From positions 17,794,001-17,858,000 of the forward strand of contig OX597817.1 in the NCBI GenBank assembly GCA_951406725.2: a DNA stretch of 64,000 nt, written 5' to 3'. Origin of the DNA: Octopus vulgaris. Its lineage: Eukaryota. Positions 13,229 to 25,463 of the stretch are shown one piece after another. The position numbers were made by a program, and so were the translations under genes. Numbering within the stretch: the stretch's first letter is position 1; every line of letters begins with the position of its first letter. A model generated the notes under the pieces. That model was not told the origin of the DNA. It did no database searches and saw nothing but the letters and a program-made list of their open reading frames with translations.

Positions 13229-13387
13229 GAGTGGCTGTGTGGTAAGTAGTTTGTTTACCAACCACATTGTTCCGGGTTCAGTCCCACTGCGTGGCACCTT
13301 GGGCAAGTGTCCTCTACTATAGCCTCGGGCCGACCAAAGCCTTGTGATTGGATTTGGTAGACAGAAACTGAAAGAAGCCCCGTCGTA

Positions 13388-13433
<46 letters not shown>

Positions 13434-13644
13434 TGTGTGTGTTTGTGTGTCTGTGTTTGTCCCCCTAGCATTGCTTGACAACCGATGCTGGTGTGTTTAT
13501 GTCCCCATTACTTAGCGGTTTGGCAAAAGAGACCGATAGAATAAGTACTGGGCTTACAAAAGAATAAGTCCCGGGGTCGAAGTTGCTCGATTAAAGGCGG
13601 TGCTCCAGCATGGCCGCAGTCAAATGACTGAAACAAGTAAAAGA

Positions 13645-13646
<2 letters not shown>
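13229..13646 (+). mobile_element. SINE family A copy
   Basis: Same boxes, body and tail as 1043-1446. Confidence 0.9.
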
Positions 13647-13704
<58 letters not shown>

Positions 13705-13716
13705 AATAACCAAGGC

Positions 13717-14090
13717 CACTCCTCAGTTCTAGCACAATTGATGAACTATTCAAATTCACAATGAAGAGCCATCAGAGTTTGGCTATCCACTTTCTCATTT
13801 CCTTGGGAATACCAAAGTGACCTATCATCAGTATCATCATGTTTTACCACAACTAAACAATAGCAACAACAAAATCAGCATTGGAAGTGACTCTTCAGTA
13901 CTAGAACAACTGATGACGTATTAAACTCCACAATCAAGAGTCCTTCACAGTCCAGCTATCCACTTCCTCATTCCCTCTGAATGCCATAACTGGGCCCCTC
14001 ATCGTGTTCTATTGCTACTACCCTTGCCACAACTAAACAATACTCTTCAATACTAGAACAACTGATGACCCATAAAACAACACAGTCCTT
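13717..14090 (+). repeat. Diverged ~150-180 bp tandem repeat upstream of the CR1/L2-like LINE
   Basis: Recurrent blocks CTCTTCARTACTAGAACAACTGATGAC, GCTATCCACTT.CTCATT and CCACAACTAAACAATA. Confidence 0.7.
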
Positions 14091-14109
14091 AGCTCTTCTC
14101 CACAGTTAA

Positions 14110-14325
14110 CCCTTTCGTTACTGTATTTATTTTGAGATGCTCTGTGTTTCTTTCAATTACTTTAAATATAACAAATACTTTAGTAAAATAACTTAGTTAT
14201 CATTAAGCTAGTGTTAGGAACATAAATTGTGACTAAGGTTTGGTGGAAGATTTTAATTCAAAACTTACGAAAACAAGACATTTGTACTCAGAACCAGAGC
14301 CAGTTTCAGCCGGGTTGGTAACGAG
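14110..14325. mobile_element. piggyBac-type MITE family 1, opposite orientation, right end clipped
   Basis: TTAA|CCCTTTCGTTAC start. Body is the reverse complement of 2663-2883. Confidence 0.85.
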
Positions 14326-14419
14326 AGCTACTCAAATTCTTCTCAGAATGACACAAGCGATCCATCATCACCATTGTCATCCTATTCTACTGCTACATTA
14401 CCACCACTACTACTACTCC

Positions 14420-17390
14420 AATTAGTGAAAAATCACTCCCCTCCCACTGTTCACCTCAATCTGAATATATACCTGACAACTCAATGATAAATCTGCCAAC
14501 TGTAAATAGAATAAAAATTATGAACACACGAAACCCCAAAATATGCCGCTGTTCTCAAAAGGAGAGACGAAGCATACGCAGTGACTGTAATTTGACCCAT
14601 TTACCTGGGACAAGACACACAATTTGTACAAGCAATACCAGCCAATGTGAAATCATACATCTTACACAACCACCACTAAATGTAAATCACACTTAATAAC
14701 TTCTACACATGTAACCGGGAATCCCAAAATTTGTTGCTATTCTCAACACAAAAGATTATTTCTGACGTGTGACTATCTCTTAACTTATCTTCCTGGGACT
14801 CGATAAACTAGTAAAAGTATGACACCAAACCACCACCAAATCCACAAGAGAAACATCCCTTCCGGTGGTAGCGTTGGTTCAGACTGTCATCGAAACCCAG
14901 AAACCCACCCAGATATCAACTGGGTACAATAGTAAAATCAACGGCCGCAAACAATATAACTATAATCATATTCAATAGTGCAACCATACCAACTCCAGAC
15001 AACAACTCCTCCCAAAACAAGAAAAAAAACTCCTAGCTCTCAGACAGCACCAATCACTGCTATTATCATAGTGCACAACCACACCACTGCTGTCATTAAC
15101 TGATAAACTCAACTCAATAATAATTCAAAATGTACAAGGTCTTCCACACATCACAAATAAAACAAAAGTATCATATCTTATAGACTTTGAACAACGAGAG
15201 AGACCTTGTACAGTGACAAAGGACAATATGTGTAGCACTAAGTGAAGCGTCCTTGACCCCAGACATATTGGATGTGGAAGTACATATGTACAAACGTCAG
15301 GTTATGTACTACTCAGAACTGACTACAGAATATGGAAACAAAGAGAAATAATGATGTTTATCTAAGAAGACCTGGCAACAAATGTCCTCCTCTCTCACTC
15401 CAACATAGGGCAAGATACACTAATAATCCATGTGATTGACCTCATCTTGATCATAGGTATTAACTAACTAACTAACTTACTGTCTTGCTGACAAAGCTAA
15501 CTAAGGAGATCCCTGCAAAGATGCTTTGTTGCTCATAAGTCAAATCCCAAATGAGCCCAGCACACAGGCCAATGTACTTTTAGCAGGGGACTTTAATCTT
15601 CCTACTCTCAGCTGACCAGAGGGCTATATCCAACCTGAAATTAAACAACTGAACAGGGGAGATATGAATGCTCTTCTTGACACCACTAAAGACTTCCTCA
15701 TGCAACAAATTATTACCCGTCCAACTAGGGGAAATAAATACTCAACCTAGTCTTTACCACCAATACAGATTTCATTCGCAATGTTCAGGTCATTCCCACA
15801 GCTATTTCCAACCGCAACATTGTACAATTATCAAAGAGGGCAACACACACAAATAACATCAAACACAACCCACTCCACATGAACTTGAATTTCAGGAAGG
15901 CCAAGTGGAAGGAAACTGAAACTGAAATCCTCAAAATAAGCTGTTCTTCGGATATTGGGAACTTCAATGTTAACAAGGAACTGAAGTTTCTGTATGAAAA
16001 GTTAATTAGGATCTGTTGAAGCATGCCCTATATAAACTCACCTATTCTTGCAAACACTTGATTCTACGAGATAGACAGACACTAATGTGTAACAGAACCA
16101 AACCTACAAAACTAAAAAAACTAAACTCTCTCAACAGATGCAATTAAGGGGGGGAAAAAAACAACACCAAATTGCACCTAAAACTGTGTCATGAAAAAGA
16201 AACATCAAAGCAGTGTAAAATATAAAATCTATTTCTAGTTCTTTTTCCACTTTGCTAAAAAAAATTAGCTAGACAAACCCAGATTGGTTCTCTAACGGAT
16301 CAAAATGGATCATATACAAATGATTCATCACACATATGCACATTCTTGAGTTGACATTATGAGCCAAATGAATTCTTTGATCCTTATGATTTAACTGCAG
16401 ACATATCTGAAAATTAACAATATTATAGATGATATACTTACAGTTAATGACCTAGATTCATACTTCTAAAAACGTGCAAAAATAGCCTTGTGAAGCCATT
16501 AGATATACTATTTCAAAAGTCACTAGATACCGGTAAACTACTGAAAGACAATACTAACACCTATACACAAAGAAGGGTAACAGGGCAGAAGCTAAAAATT
16601 ACAAACCTATTTTCTCACATCCCACGCATCTAGAATTAACAAACACATTGTCCAAAATAGAATAATTACATACCTTGAGGAAAACAACCTCATAGATGAC
16701 ATATAGCATGGTCTTTGGACTGGACGAAGTTGCCTTTCATGACTATTACAGCACCATAACACTACTCTTAATAATCTCTTGAGAGGAAAGGACACTAACT
16801 GTATATACTTTGATTTTGTTAAGGTGTTTAACAAGATTGTTCATGGAATCATCTGTCATAAGTTGAGGGATCTTGGTAAAACAGAAAACTTCAGAGGATG
16901 GCTCTTTGACTTCTGACATGGTAGGAGCCAATCTGTTTCTGCAAATGGCTTTCTGCCTGCAAAGTCACCTGTAATAAGTGATATCCCTCAGGGAGAAGTT
17001 CTAGGACTATTATTATTTATCATTGATCTATCACAAGTGCACACATCCAAACTAGTGAGCTTTGCTGATGATGCAAAATATCAATGACTATCCGAACTCC
17101 AGAAGATGCTGTCACACTCCAAAATGAGCTAAACCTCATTTATCAATGGGTGGATTAAAACAATATGAAATTTAATACATCAAAATTTCAGGTTCTTTGT
17201 TACAGAGGGAATACATACAAATCACAATATTTGACACCAGAATGATTCAGAGCGCTAATGACATATGGGACTTAAGAGTAATCATGTGAAATGATGCATC
17301 TTTCATTAGCCACATCACTAAACTGACATCTAAATGCAGACATAGGATGAATTCACAAACCTTCATGACAAAAGAACTGAAGTAATTACT
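14420..17390 (+). mobile_element. Decayed CR1/L2/Jockey-group LINE (endonuclease and RT relics)
   Basis: Relics LLAGDFNLP, PTRGNKYS, NYKPIFS, IYFDFVKVFNKIVH, IPQGEVLGLLLF and FADD (17061-17072), with many stops and frameshifts. Confidence 0.8.
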
Positions 17391-17408
17391 AATATTAACC
17401 TGTCAAAA

Positions 17409-18382
17409 ATGGATGTATCGAAGGAGCATTTAAAGCACATTTATGCTTTGTGAGTTTTAAAAGGGAAACAGTGCAGCAGAAGCAACTCAAAATATCCATT
17501 CTGTTTGTGAGTAAGAGTGCTTGAACAAAAGAAGTTGCAGAAGATAGTTTGAAAAGTTCAAAAACAGTGGTTTCAGCTGAAGAGAGAGGTCACGAACAAG
17601 ATGCTCTGTTGAATTTGATCAATAGCTTCTTTTGTCAGAGCTTGAGAAGAATAATGTTGTGTCAGTTAAAGAACTGGCAAGCAAGCTCAATTCAAGCCAT
17701 TCAACTATTCACTGCCATCTTCAACAGCTTGGAAAGATGCCCAACTTGGAAAAGGGGTTCCCCATGAATGGAGACATACCAACCGAAAATCATGAGTGGA
17801 CATTTGCTCGTCTCGTCACCCTCATGAATGTATCTCACCATTTTCGAACAGATTAGTGACTGGTGATGATGAAAAATGGATTTTTTATGAAAATGTTAAG
17901 CGACACAGGCAATGGAGAACAGGCTGAACCACAACCCAAAAGGGACTGCCTTGCAAAAAAGGTTCTTCTTTCTATTTGGTGAGATTGCATTGGAGTGATC
18001 TACTTTAAGCTGCTACCAACTAAAAAAACAATTGCTGCTCACACCTATTGCCAACAACTGGAGCATTTGAATGCTGCTTTGGCAAACCGTAGGGGAGTGG
18101 TGGTTCATCATGATAATGCAAGGCTCCACACTGCGAAAATTACGTCAGAAAATATCATTCTGATGAATTAGTACTCAAAAGCCCCAAAGAGGTTGAAACC
18201 GATCCCTCTTCTCATCTAAACCAGAAAAGCTTTTCACAAATGGAATTAAAAAAACTGATGATGGAAAGAAGTCTTTGATAATGATGGGAGTTATAAATAG
18301 GATTAAATTTAAATAAATTGTAAAATTAGATCACTTCCCCCCTTACCCAAAACTCAGACATTACTTATGGGATGACTTGATA
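17409..18382 (+). mobile_element. Decayed mariner transposon
   Basis: MDVSKEHL...KGNSAAEATQNI, VTGDDEKWIFYEN, HHDNARLHTA. TIR-like CATTACTTATGGGATGACTTGATA at the right end. Confidence 0.85.
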
Positions 18383-18689
18383 TATTAGAAAGAGAGATGA
18401 ACAAATAAAACATGTAATTTATAATTCAACATAATTGCAGTGTAGTTATAGTTAACAAGGGATTAAGAAATAATACATAAAGTTTCTTATAGTTATTTCT
18501 AGAATAGCTGAGTATGTGGATCAGATATCATTGGGCCTAAATTTTCCATGTAAGCCAACTATCCTGTCTTTGGAGAGAAAAAGAATATCTTTAATAAACA
18601 ATATTAGTAGTTACCAGTTCATTGATTAATTAAAGTACATACTTAGTGAAAGGTAATAGCGGTTAGCACTTTCATGATGAGAGAATTAA

Positions 18690-18912
18690 CCCTTTCGTTA
18701 CCAACCCGGCTGAAACCGCCTCTGGCTCTGTAGTATAAATGTCTTGTTTTCAGAAGTTTTGAATTAAAATCTTCCACTAAACCTTAGTCATAGTTTATGT
18801 TCCTAACACTAGCTTAATGATAACTAAGTTATTTTACTAAATTCTTTGTTATATTTAAAATCAATTGAAAGAAAGACAGAGCATCTCAAAATAAATACAG
18901 TAAATGAAAGGG
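18690..18912. mobile_element. piggyBac-type MITE family 1
   Basis: TTAA|CCCTTTCGTTAC...GAAAGGG|TTAA. Homologous to 2663-2883. Confidence 0.88.
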
Positions 18913-18989
18913 TTAAGTCAAACCTTAGTGAAAGATAATAGCAGTTCGCAGTTCCATCGTTGAAGGATCAAGAAATATCCTTAGTAAAA

Positions 18990-19340
18990 GATCAAAAGAA
19001 GTTACTAGTTCAATCTTTGAAGAGAAAGTTAGAACTTGCTGAAGAATACGGTGCAGAAATAAGTCAGCAGCTTAAACGATGAGTTAATTTCCTATCTGAA
19101 ACCATACAAAATGAAATCCTGGAGGAATATGCTTGTAACACCCAGCATGAGATCAGAAAAATAGTTGAAGATTCCATGTTTATTGATGTTATATGTGATT
19201 GCTTTGGCATGGAACAAGAATCAGTTATTGTCTTTATGTTTCTGAAAAACCAAGATGTCCACGAAGATTTTCTCAGCTTTTATAACCCTCCTGACTACAC
19301 TTTGGAGACAATGGCTAAGATTATTCTGGATGTTTTGGGG
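18990..19340 (+). mobile_element. hAT transposase fragment (ZMYM1/DUF4371-like region)
   Basis: Translates as FLSETIQNEILEE...MFIDVICD...EQESVI...VHEDFLSFY...TLETMAKIILDVL. Confidence 0.65.
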
Positions 19341-19458
19341 CTGATTTTCTCCCCAACATTGAGCCTTTTTAAAACCTCAAGTTTAATATCGAATGTAATT
19401 CTTTTGCATTTCTTTAACACACTACTGCCTTCAGTTCCACTTGGTATCTTCTTTCCAG

Positions 19459-19623
19459 GGATGAAAGTTCAAATTCCACCGAGGTCGACTTTGCCTTTCA
19501 TCCCTTCAGGGTCGATTAAATAAGTACCAGTTACGCACTGGGGTCGATATAATCGACTTAATACCTATGTCTGTCCTTGTTTGTCCCCTCTGTGTTTAGC
19601 CCCTTGTGGGTAATAAAGAAATA
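19459..19623 (+). mobile_element. 5'-truncated SINE family B
   Basis: Body and tail present. 16-bp TSD GGTATCTTCTTTCCAG at 19443-19458 and 19624-19639. Confidence 0.88.
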
Positions 19624-20252
19624 GGTATCTTCTTTCCAGACATCTTAAATTATAGATATATCCAGCAGTGGTGGCAATCAACAAATATGTAGCAAAAATA
19701 ATAACATCAGGAAAGAATTGTTTTGTAAGAGCAAGAAATTACTCTATTTCTATGGATGTAAGAATAGAAATGATAAGATGAAAAAGTAAAGGAGGGAGGT
19801 CGGAGGAAGTACGGTATGGTTACATAGAGTTGAAGGGTTACCAGATTTATGGACACTTCACTCCTTGCATCTCTGATTTGAGTCAGCAAAACTCCACACA
19901 CACTATTGTGTTGATATAAAGCATATGTAGCTATAGACACTGCTATCATGCTGAGAATATTATTGCCAGTTGGTTATTCAAATGATGGTGTTAGAATGGT
20001 ATTGGTTTTTGATAATGGTAATTGCATAGTGAGATATATATAGAAAGAAGTTTATATATATATAACAGAGATAGACAGATATTCATTATTGTGACCCAAG
20101 AAAATATACACTGAAATGTCATGGTTACATTTTTTAATTTATAAAAGTTACCCAAGTTCTTGTAAGAGTGAAATTACAGACTGTATCACAAAACTTGTGG
20201 TCATACTGTATGTACAATTTCCATAAGCACAAGATTCTGTAATGTGAGGATT

Positions 20253-20283
<31 letters not shown>

Positions 20284-20288
<5 letters not shown>

Positions 20289-20428
20289 ATCCAAACAGTT
20301 TGATTCAAATTTGTTGGTACTCTTGAGTTTCAAGCGTGATGCTAGTCATCAGCCCTTTCCTGATGACTAGCATCATGCTTGAAACTCAAGAGTACCAATG
20401 AATTTGAATCAAACTGTTTTGATCCATA
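20284..20428. repeat. Near-perfect palindrome (69-bp arms, 7-nt spacer), each arm starting with a hammerhead-like core
   Basis: 20284-20352 is the reverse complement of 20360-20428 with 4 mismatches. The arm reads CTGATGA..AGCA-TCA-TGCT..GAA-ACTC-AA-GAGT-A. Confidence 0.9.
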
Positions 20429-20507
20429 CATGTAACTCCCAATAAATTGGCTGAGCGTCCTTCTTTTGTTTGTCCACTCACTCATATATAAATATATATA
20501 TATTACA

Positions 20508-20840
20508 CTAGCACTATGACCTGGCAATGCCGAGTCATAGTGCTAGTGCATGCATATACAGCTGCATGCGTGCACACATACACGCGAATCTGTCCAAATC
20601 TCCGACCAATCACATACAGCTAGCTGGCATTCAATTGGCGTATCACGTTTCAGGCATTTTGATTGGGTTTTGGATAGAAAATTCACAAAAAAGTCACTTC
20701 TATTGATTTTTTAATGGCTTTGCAGGGTGACTGGTGGTTTTGAATGACCATAGAAAGTGTGAGCCCTCTAACTGAAAAATTGTGGATTTGTATAAAGGAC
20801 ACACACACATAGACAGACATTTTGCCATTTATATATATAG
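20508..20840 (-). mobile_element. Non-autonomous Helitron-like element
   Basis: CTAG terminus at 20508-20511 inside a 15-bp-stem hairpin (20506-20548). The other end, CAGACATTTTGCCATTTATATATATAG, resembles the 5' end of the 6192-6587 element. Confidence 0.65.
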
Positions 20841-21088
20841 TTTTTGTCATTTTCCCAAAATAATGTAAGCCACAACTATCAAAAAGACTCTATGCAGACC
20901 AGTAGAGTAAATGATAAAATAAACATTATCAATTACTGTTATATATCGGCCTTGTAATAAAACAATAGTAATCAAGACATTAATGTAGATGGGGATACTT
21001 ATTTGCGAAGTAAAAGGGGTTACTTATTTCGGAAATAACAATGAAATAGAAATATATAAATTACAAAAAAAAAAAAAAAATCAGGAAT

Positions 21089-21252
21089 AGGCGCAGGAGT
21101 GGCTGTGTGGTAAGTAGTTTGTTTACCAACCACATGGTTCCGGGTTCAGTCCCACTGCGTGGCACTTTGGGCAAGTGTCTTCTACTAGAGCCTCGGGTCG
21201 ACCAAAGCCTTGTGAGTGGATTTGGTAGACGGACTGAAAGAAGACTGTCGTA

Positions 21253-21283
<31 letters not shown>

Positions 21284-21505
21284 GCGTGTGTGTGTTTGTG
21301 TGTCTATGTTTGTCCCTCTAGCATTGCTTGACAACCGATGCTGGTGTGTTTATGTCCCCGTTACTTAGCAGTTCGGCAAAAGAGACCGATAGAATAAGTA
21401 CTGGGCTTACAAAAGAATAAGTCCCGGGGTCGAGTTGCTCGATTAAAGGCGGTGCTCCAGCATGGCCGTAGTCAAATGACTGAAACAAGTAAAAGAGTAA
21501 AGAGA
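21089..21505 (+). mobile_element. SINE family A copy
   Basis: Full-length match to 1043-1446. Confidence 0.9.
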
Positions 21506-21704
21506 ATGTGTTTGTCTTTGTATGTGTAGTTGAAGATTCAGCTATAGTAATAAATTTTCCTTGCCCAGTTTATAACACTGTTATTTAAAAATAGCAAGAT
21601 TCATTATCATTGTTTTGCATCTGCTTTTAGTATTAAGGACTGAGCTTAATATTTATGAAGCTTGTTTTAGGAAATAGAAGAATATAAAAGACATGATTTT
21701 GATA

Positions 21705-22920
21705 CAAAGGTGGGCTGAAAAATTCATAGGGTAACTATGAAGGAGTGATGCTAAAAAAGAAATCTTGCAGGCATTAACTCCAAATCCTCTTATCAATAAG
21801 TGAATAGTTTCTTTCTAGGTAAACTGACATCTGACTGTTCAGAGAAGGCTTCAAAAGTAAGTAGTAGCAATTTCTCTTGAAAATGGGGAAAAAAAAAAAA
21901 AAAAATTGGCATTGTGGTGTTATCAAGTTACCTGCAGAAAAAGGGTTTAGCTCCCAAGCACTTTCATGATGACATGGTTGCTACATAAGGAATGGTGTTT
22001 AAAGATGACCCACGGTCTGGACACCCTGCAACCACTAAGTAAAACACTGATCTTGTTCACCACAAGCAGGCGGATGACAAGCAATTGACTATAAATTAAA
22101 CGGTCAATGCTATTAATATATCCTATGAGAGAGTTGAGAATATTCTGCACAATGAACATGGCATGATAAAGGTTTCTGCTTGGTGGGTGCAAGTCTTCTG
22201 ACACCTGATTACATCATGGAAAAATCTGATATTGTTTGAGGCAGATCCAGCTATTCATTTTTAATGTTTTTTAATTTAGGATGAGTGTTGGGTTCATCAC
22301 TCTGAATCAGAAACAAAGAGACAATTCATGAAGTGGAAGCACCCCGCCCCAGTTGCTCCAAAGAAAGCTCAAGTCATTTCATTTGCAGGGAAGGTGATGA
22401 CCTCAGTCTTGAGAGATTTAAAAGGCAGTGTTTATTGACTATCTTCAAAAGGGCCACACCATTAATGAAGAGTACTGTGCCAACTTGCTGAGGCAGTTAT
22501 GAAAGGTTATGAAGACCAAATTCCCAGCAAAAACTGATAAAAAGGTGTCTTGTTTCATTAGGACAATGCTCCAGCACCCAAGACCTTGGTTTCAATGGCT
22601 GCTGTGTGTGACTATGGCTTTGAACTGGTTGGTCACCCTCCTTTTTCTCCTGATTTGATCCCATCTGACTATCATCTGTTCCCTAACATGAAAAAACACT
22701 CGGCTGGGAACCACTGTCACAGTGATGATGTCATATTTGCCGTTGATGACTTTTTTGACCAACAGGATAAAAGTTTCTTCACCAATGGGATCCAAGCACT
22801 GCAACACCAATGGAAGAAGTGTGTGGACCACAAGGAGCACTATGTTGAAAAATAAACCTCATTTGGTCACATTCCATGAGAGTATCTTGGTAAGCCTATG
22901 AAGTTTTCAACCAACCCTAG
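21705..22920 (+). mobile_element. Near-full-length decayed mariner transposon
   Basis: TA on both sides, imperfect ~27-bp TIRs (CAAAGGTGGGCTGAAAAATTCATAGG / CCTATGAAGTTTTCAACCAACCCTAG). Motifs DECWVHH, DNAPAP and HPPFSPDLIPSDYHLFPNMKK. Confidence 0.92.
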
Positions 22921-24189
22921 TATGATACTATAATAAAAGATAAAGTTTTTAAAAAGAAGACTAATTTGTACGATAGTACTAATACAAAATTTAAAAAAAA
23001 CGATTGAAAGTAACTTTGGGAAAGAGAGTGCAGAGCAGTATGTGTTCATGACAATTTCTGCCATATAAATATACTCATGTTCTCTCTCTCATACTTCCAC
23101 TCACACTCAAACGCACCTACATGTACTCTTAGTGTAAGTTTAGATTACAAATATTCTCTGGGGGTAAGAATGGTTCAAGTAACATGTATGTATCTAAATA
23201 CATATGAAAAGTAATGCAAATGAATTCTATGGGATTAACAGCAGTGTTCCATCTTGTGTATAAGCTTATTTTACAACTGGGAAAAGGGGAAAATGTGCTC
23301 ATACAAGGTTTTCAAAATGAAAACATTTAAATGATTCAAGTGATAGTTATTTGTATGGATGTATACATACTTTGCAAAGAAAGACAGAATTTGTTCGCAA
23401 TCAAATTTCTGCATACAGAAGCAAAAAATTAGAGGAAATGTTGATTGAGAGCAACTATTGTTTATTCTAGGTAGTGCAGTTTTATGAAATATCTAAGTGT
23501 AGGTTAAAGAGCAGGAAAGACAAGAAGGTATATTATTAAAAGTATTCTTTTATCTTTCTGAGCACATTATAGCTTTAAATATCTGAAAGCTTTGTATAAA
23601 GAGATTCATTTCAAGTGTCACTCAAAAGCATTTCTTTACCTCTTGTAGCAGTTTATAATGATAGTGTTGACATGTTCCTGTACTACTTGATTAACTATTC
23701 AGGTGGTTATCATGTATCCTGCCTCACCAGATGTTTCGAGCATTTTAGTAACTAGCCCTGAATATGCCAAGAGCTTTGCCTATCTACATGTACTAAATTG
23801 CTTTGTAGGGTCAGCTTAGGTAACCCCTTTTTATCCAACGTATTCTCCACATTCAACATCCACTATGCCTCTTTCTTGACATCAATGGCAATGGCAAGTG
23901 TGCCTCTATCATTTTCATATACACTTCTCTCCAATGACATCACTGTTCTCTCTAACACACAGTCTTTCAATCCTGAACACCTTTTGTCTTTGATCCTCAT
24001 GCCACAGAATAAGTGCAAATTTCTCTTTTTCCCAATTTCTTACCTACTTAAAGTATACCTGACACAGTTTCTCTTCTAGCTACTTGATAATGCTCTCTAC
24101 TACCACCTTCCTTCCATATTGAAAGTAACTTTGGGAAAAAGAGTGCATGAGATATATAATATACATAAATGTTATTACTGTATTTACCA

Positions 24190-24455
24190 GACTATCAGAT
24201 GAGGTTATACACCACTGGTCACAATATGCTTCCTCACATTCATGTAGTTTTCAAATGATGCTACTCCACTGGACAAGCTAGCATTCCCTCAGAACGGAAC
24301 ACCAGTCCATCACAGGGTTACACACTTATAGCTATGCGGACTGGAGCTATGTGAAATTAAGTGTTTTGCTCAAGAACACAACACATTGCCTGTCTGGGAA
24401 TCAAAAACACAATCTTGTAATTGTAAGTGCAACCCCCTAACCACTAGGCCATATA
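24190..24455 (-). mobile_element. Degenerate tRNA-derived SINE (family D-related)
   Basis: CTAACCACTAGGCCA A-box complement and TGTGACCAGTGGTGTATAAC-like tail shared with 57450-57722. Confidence 0.6.
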
Positions 24456-24879
24456 TCTCTACATCTATATTCATCATCATCATTTAACATCCGTTTTCCA
24501 TGCTGGCATGGGCTGGACAATTTGACGGGAGCTGGCAAGCCAAAAGATTGCACCAGTCTTCAGTCTATTTTGTCATGGTTTTTACGGTGGATGCCCTACT
24601 TAACACCAATCACCTTACAGAGTATATTATATGTATATATGTATAAAAAAAATTGTGTGCATGTACTTGTACCTATATAATTTTAACATCTACTTTTTTT
24701 AGCTTGTATGTGTCAGATAAGAGTTTGCTGGGACAGGTTTTTCTAATGCCAGATACCCTTCATGTTGCCAATTCCACATTTCTGAGTCTATCAAACTTCA
24801 AACAGCCCAGACATGTTTTGAACTGGAAACAAATAACATCCAATGCATGGACCATTCATTTATAACGATTATGCAACAT

Positions 24880-25162
24880 GTGGCCGTTGCCAGCCTCGTC
24901 TGGCCCCCGTGCCGGTGGCATGTAAAAAGCACCATCCGATCGTGGCCATTTGCCAGCCTCGTCTGGCACTTGTGCAGGTGGCACATAAAAAGCACCCACT
25001 ACACTCATGGATTAGTTGGCGTTAGGAAGGGCATCCAGCTGTAGAAACACTGCCAGATCAGACTGGGCCTGGCGCAGCCTCCTGGCTTCCCAGACCCCAG
25101 TTGAACCATCCAACCCATGCTAGCATGGAAAATGGACGTTAAACGATGATGATGATGATGAT
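24880..25162 (+). mobile_element. Family C retroelement with about 2 monomers and a (GAT)n tail
   Basis: Monomers, body and GTTAAAC(GAT)n tail. An inverted partial copy lies at about 24472-24625. Confidence 0.87.
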
Positions 25163-25463
25163 GAAGAAGCCAGGACATGGTTTTTAGGGTGAAATGCAAG
25201 CAAATGACATTGTTGGGTGCTATTATAGACTGTATCCAAAATTAGTGAAGCTCTTGTTTACAATCTGTGAGCCAAACACAAACATGAGGGAAATACAACT
25301 CACTCATATAAATGTGCATGCGTGCACAATCACACACAGACATACAATGGCATTCTTTCAGTTTCTGCCTCAAATTCACTTACTAGGCTTTGGTTGGCCT
25401 AACATTATATTAGAAGACACTTGCAAAACTACTACACAGTGAGTTTGAACTTAAATCTACATA

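Noticed and set aside
13910-14070. CTGATGA in the tandem repeats
   Set aside because: No downstream stem II and GAAA box was found.
22586-22855. Mariner C-terminal ORF as a domesticated SETMAR-like gene
   Set aside because: The upstream transposase has multiple stops and frameshifts, and no SET-domain exons are present.
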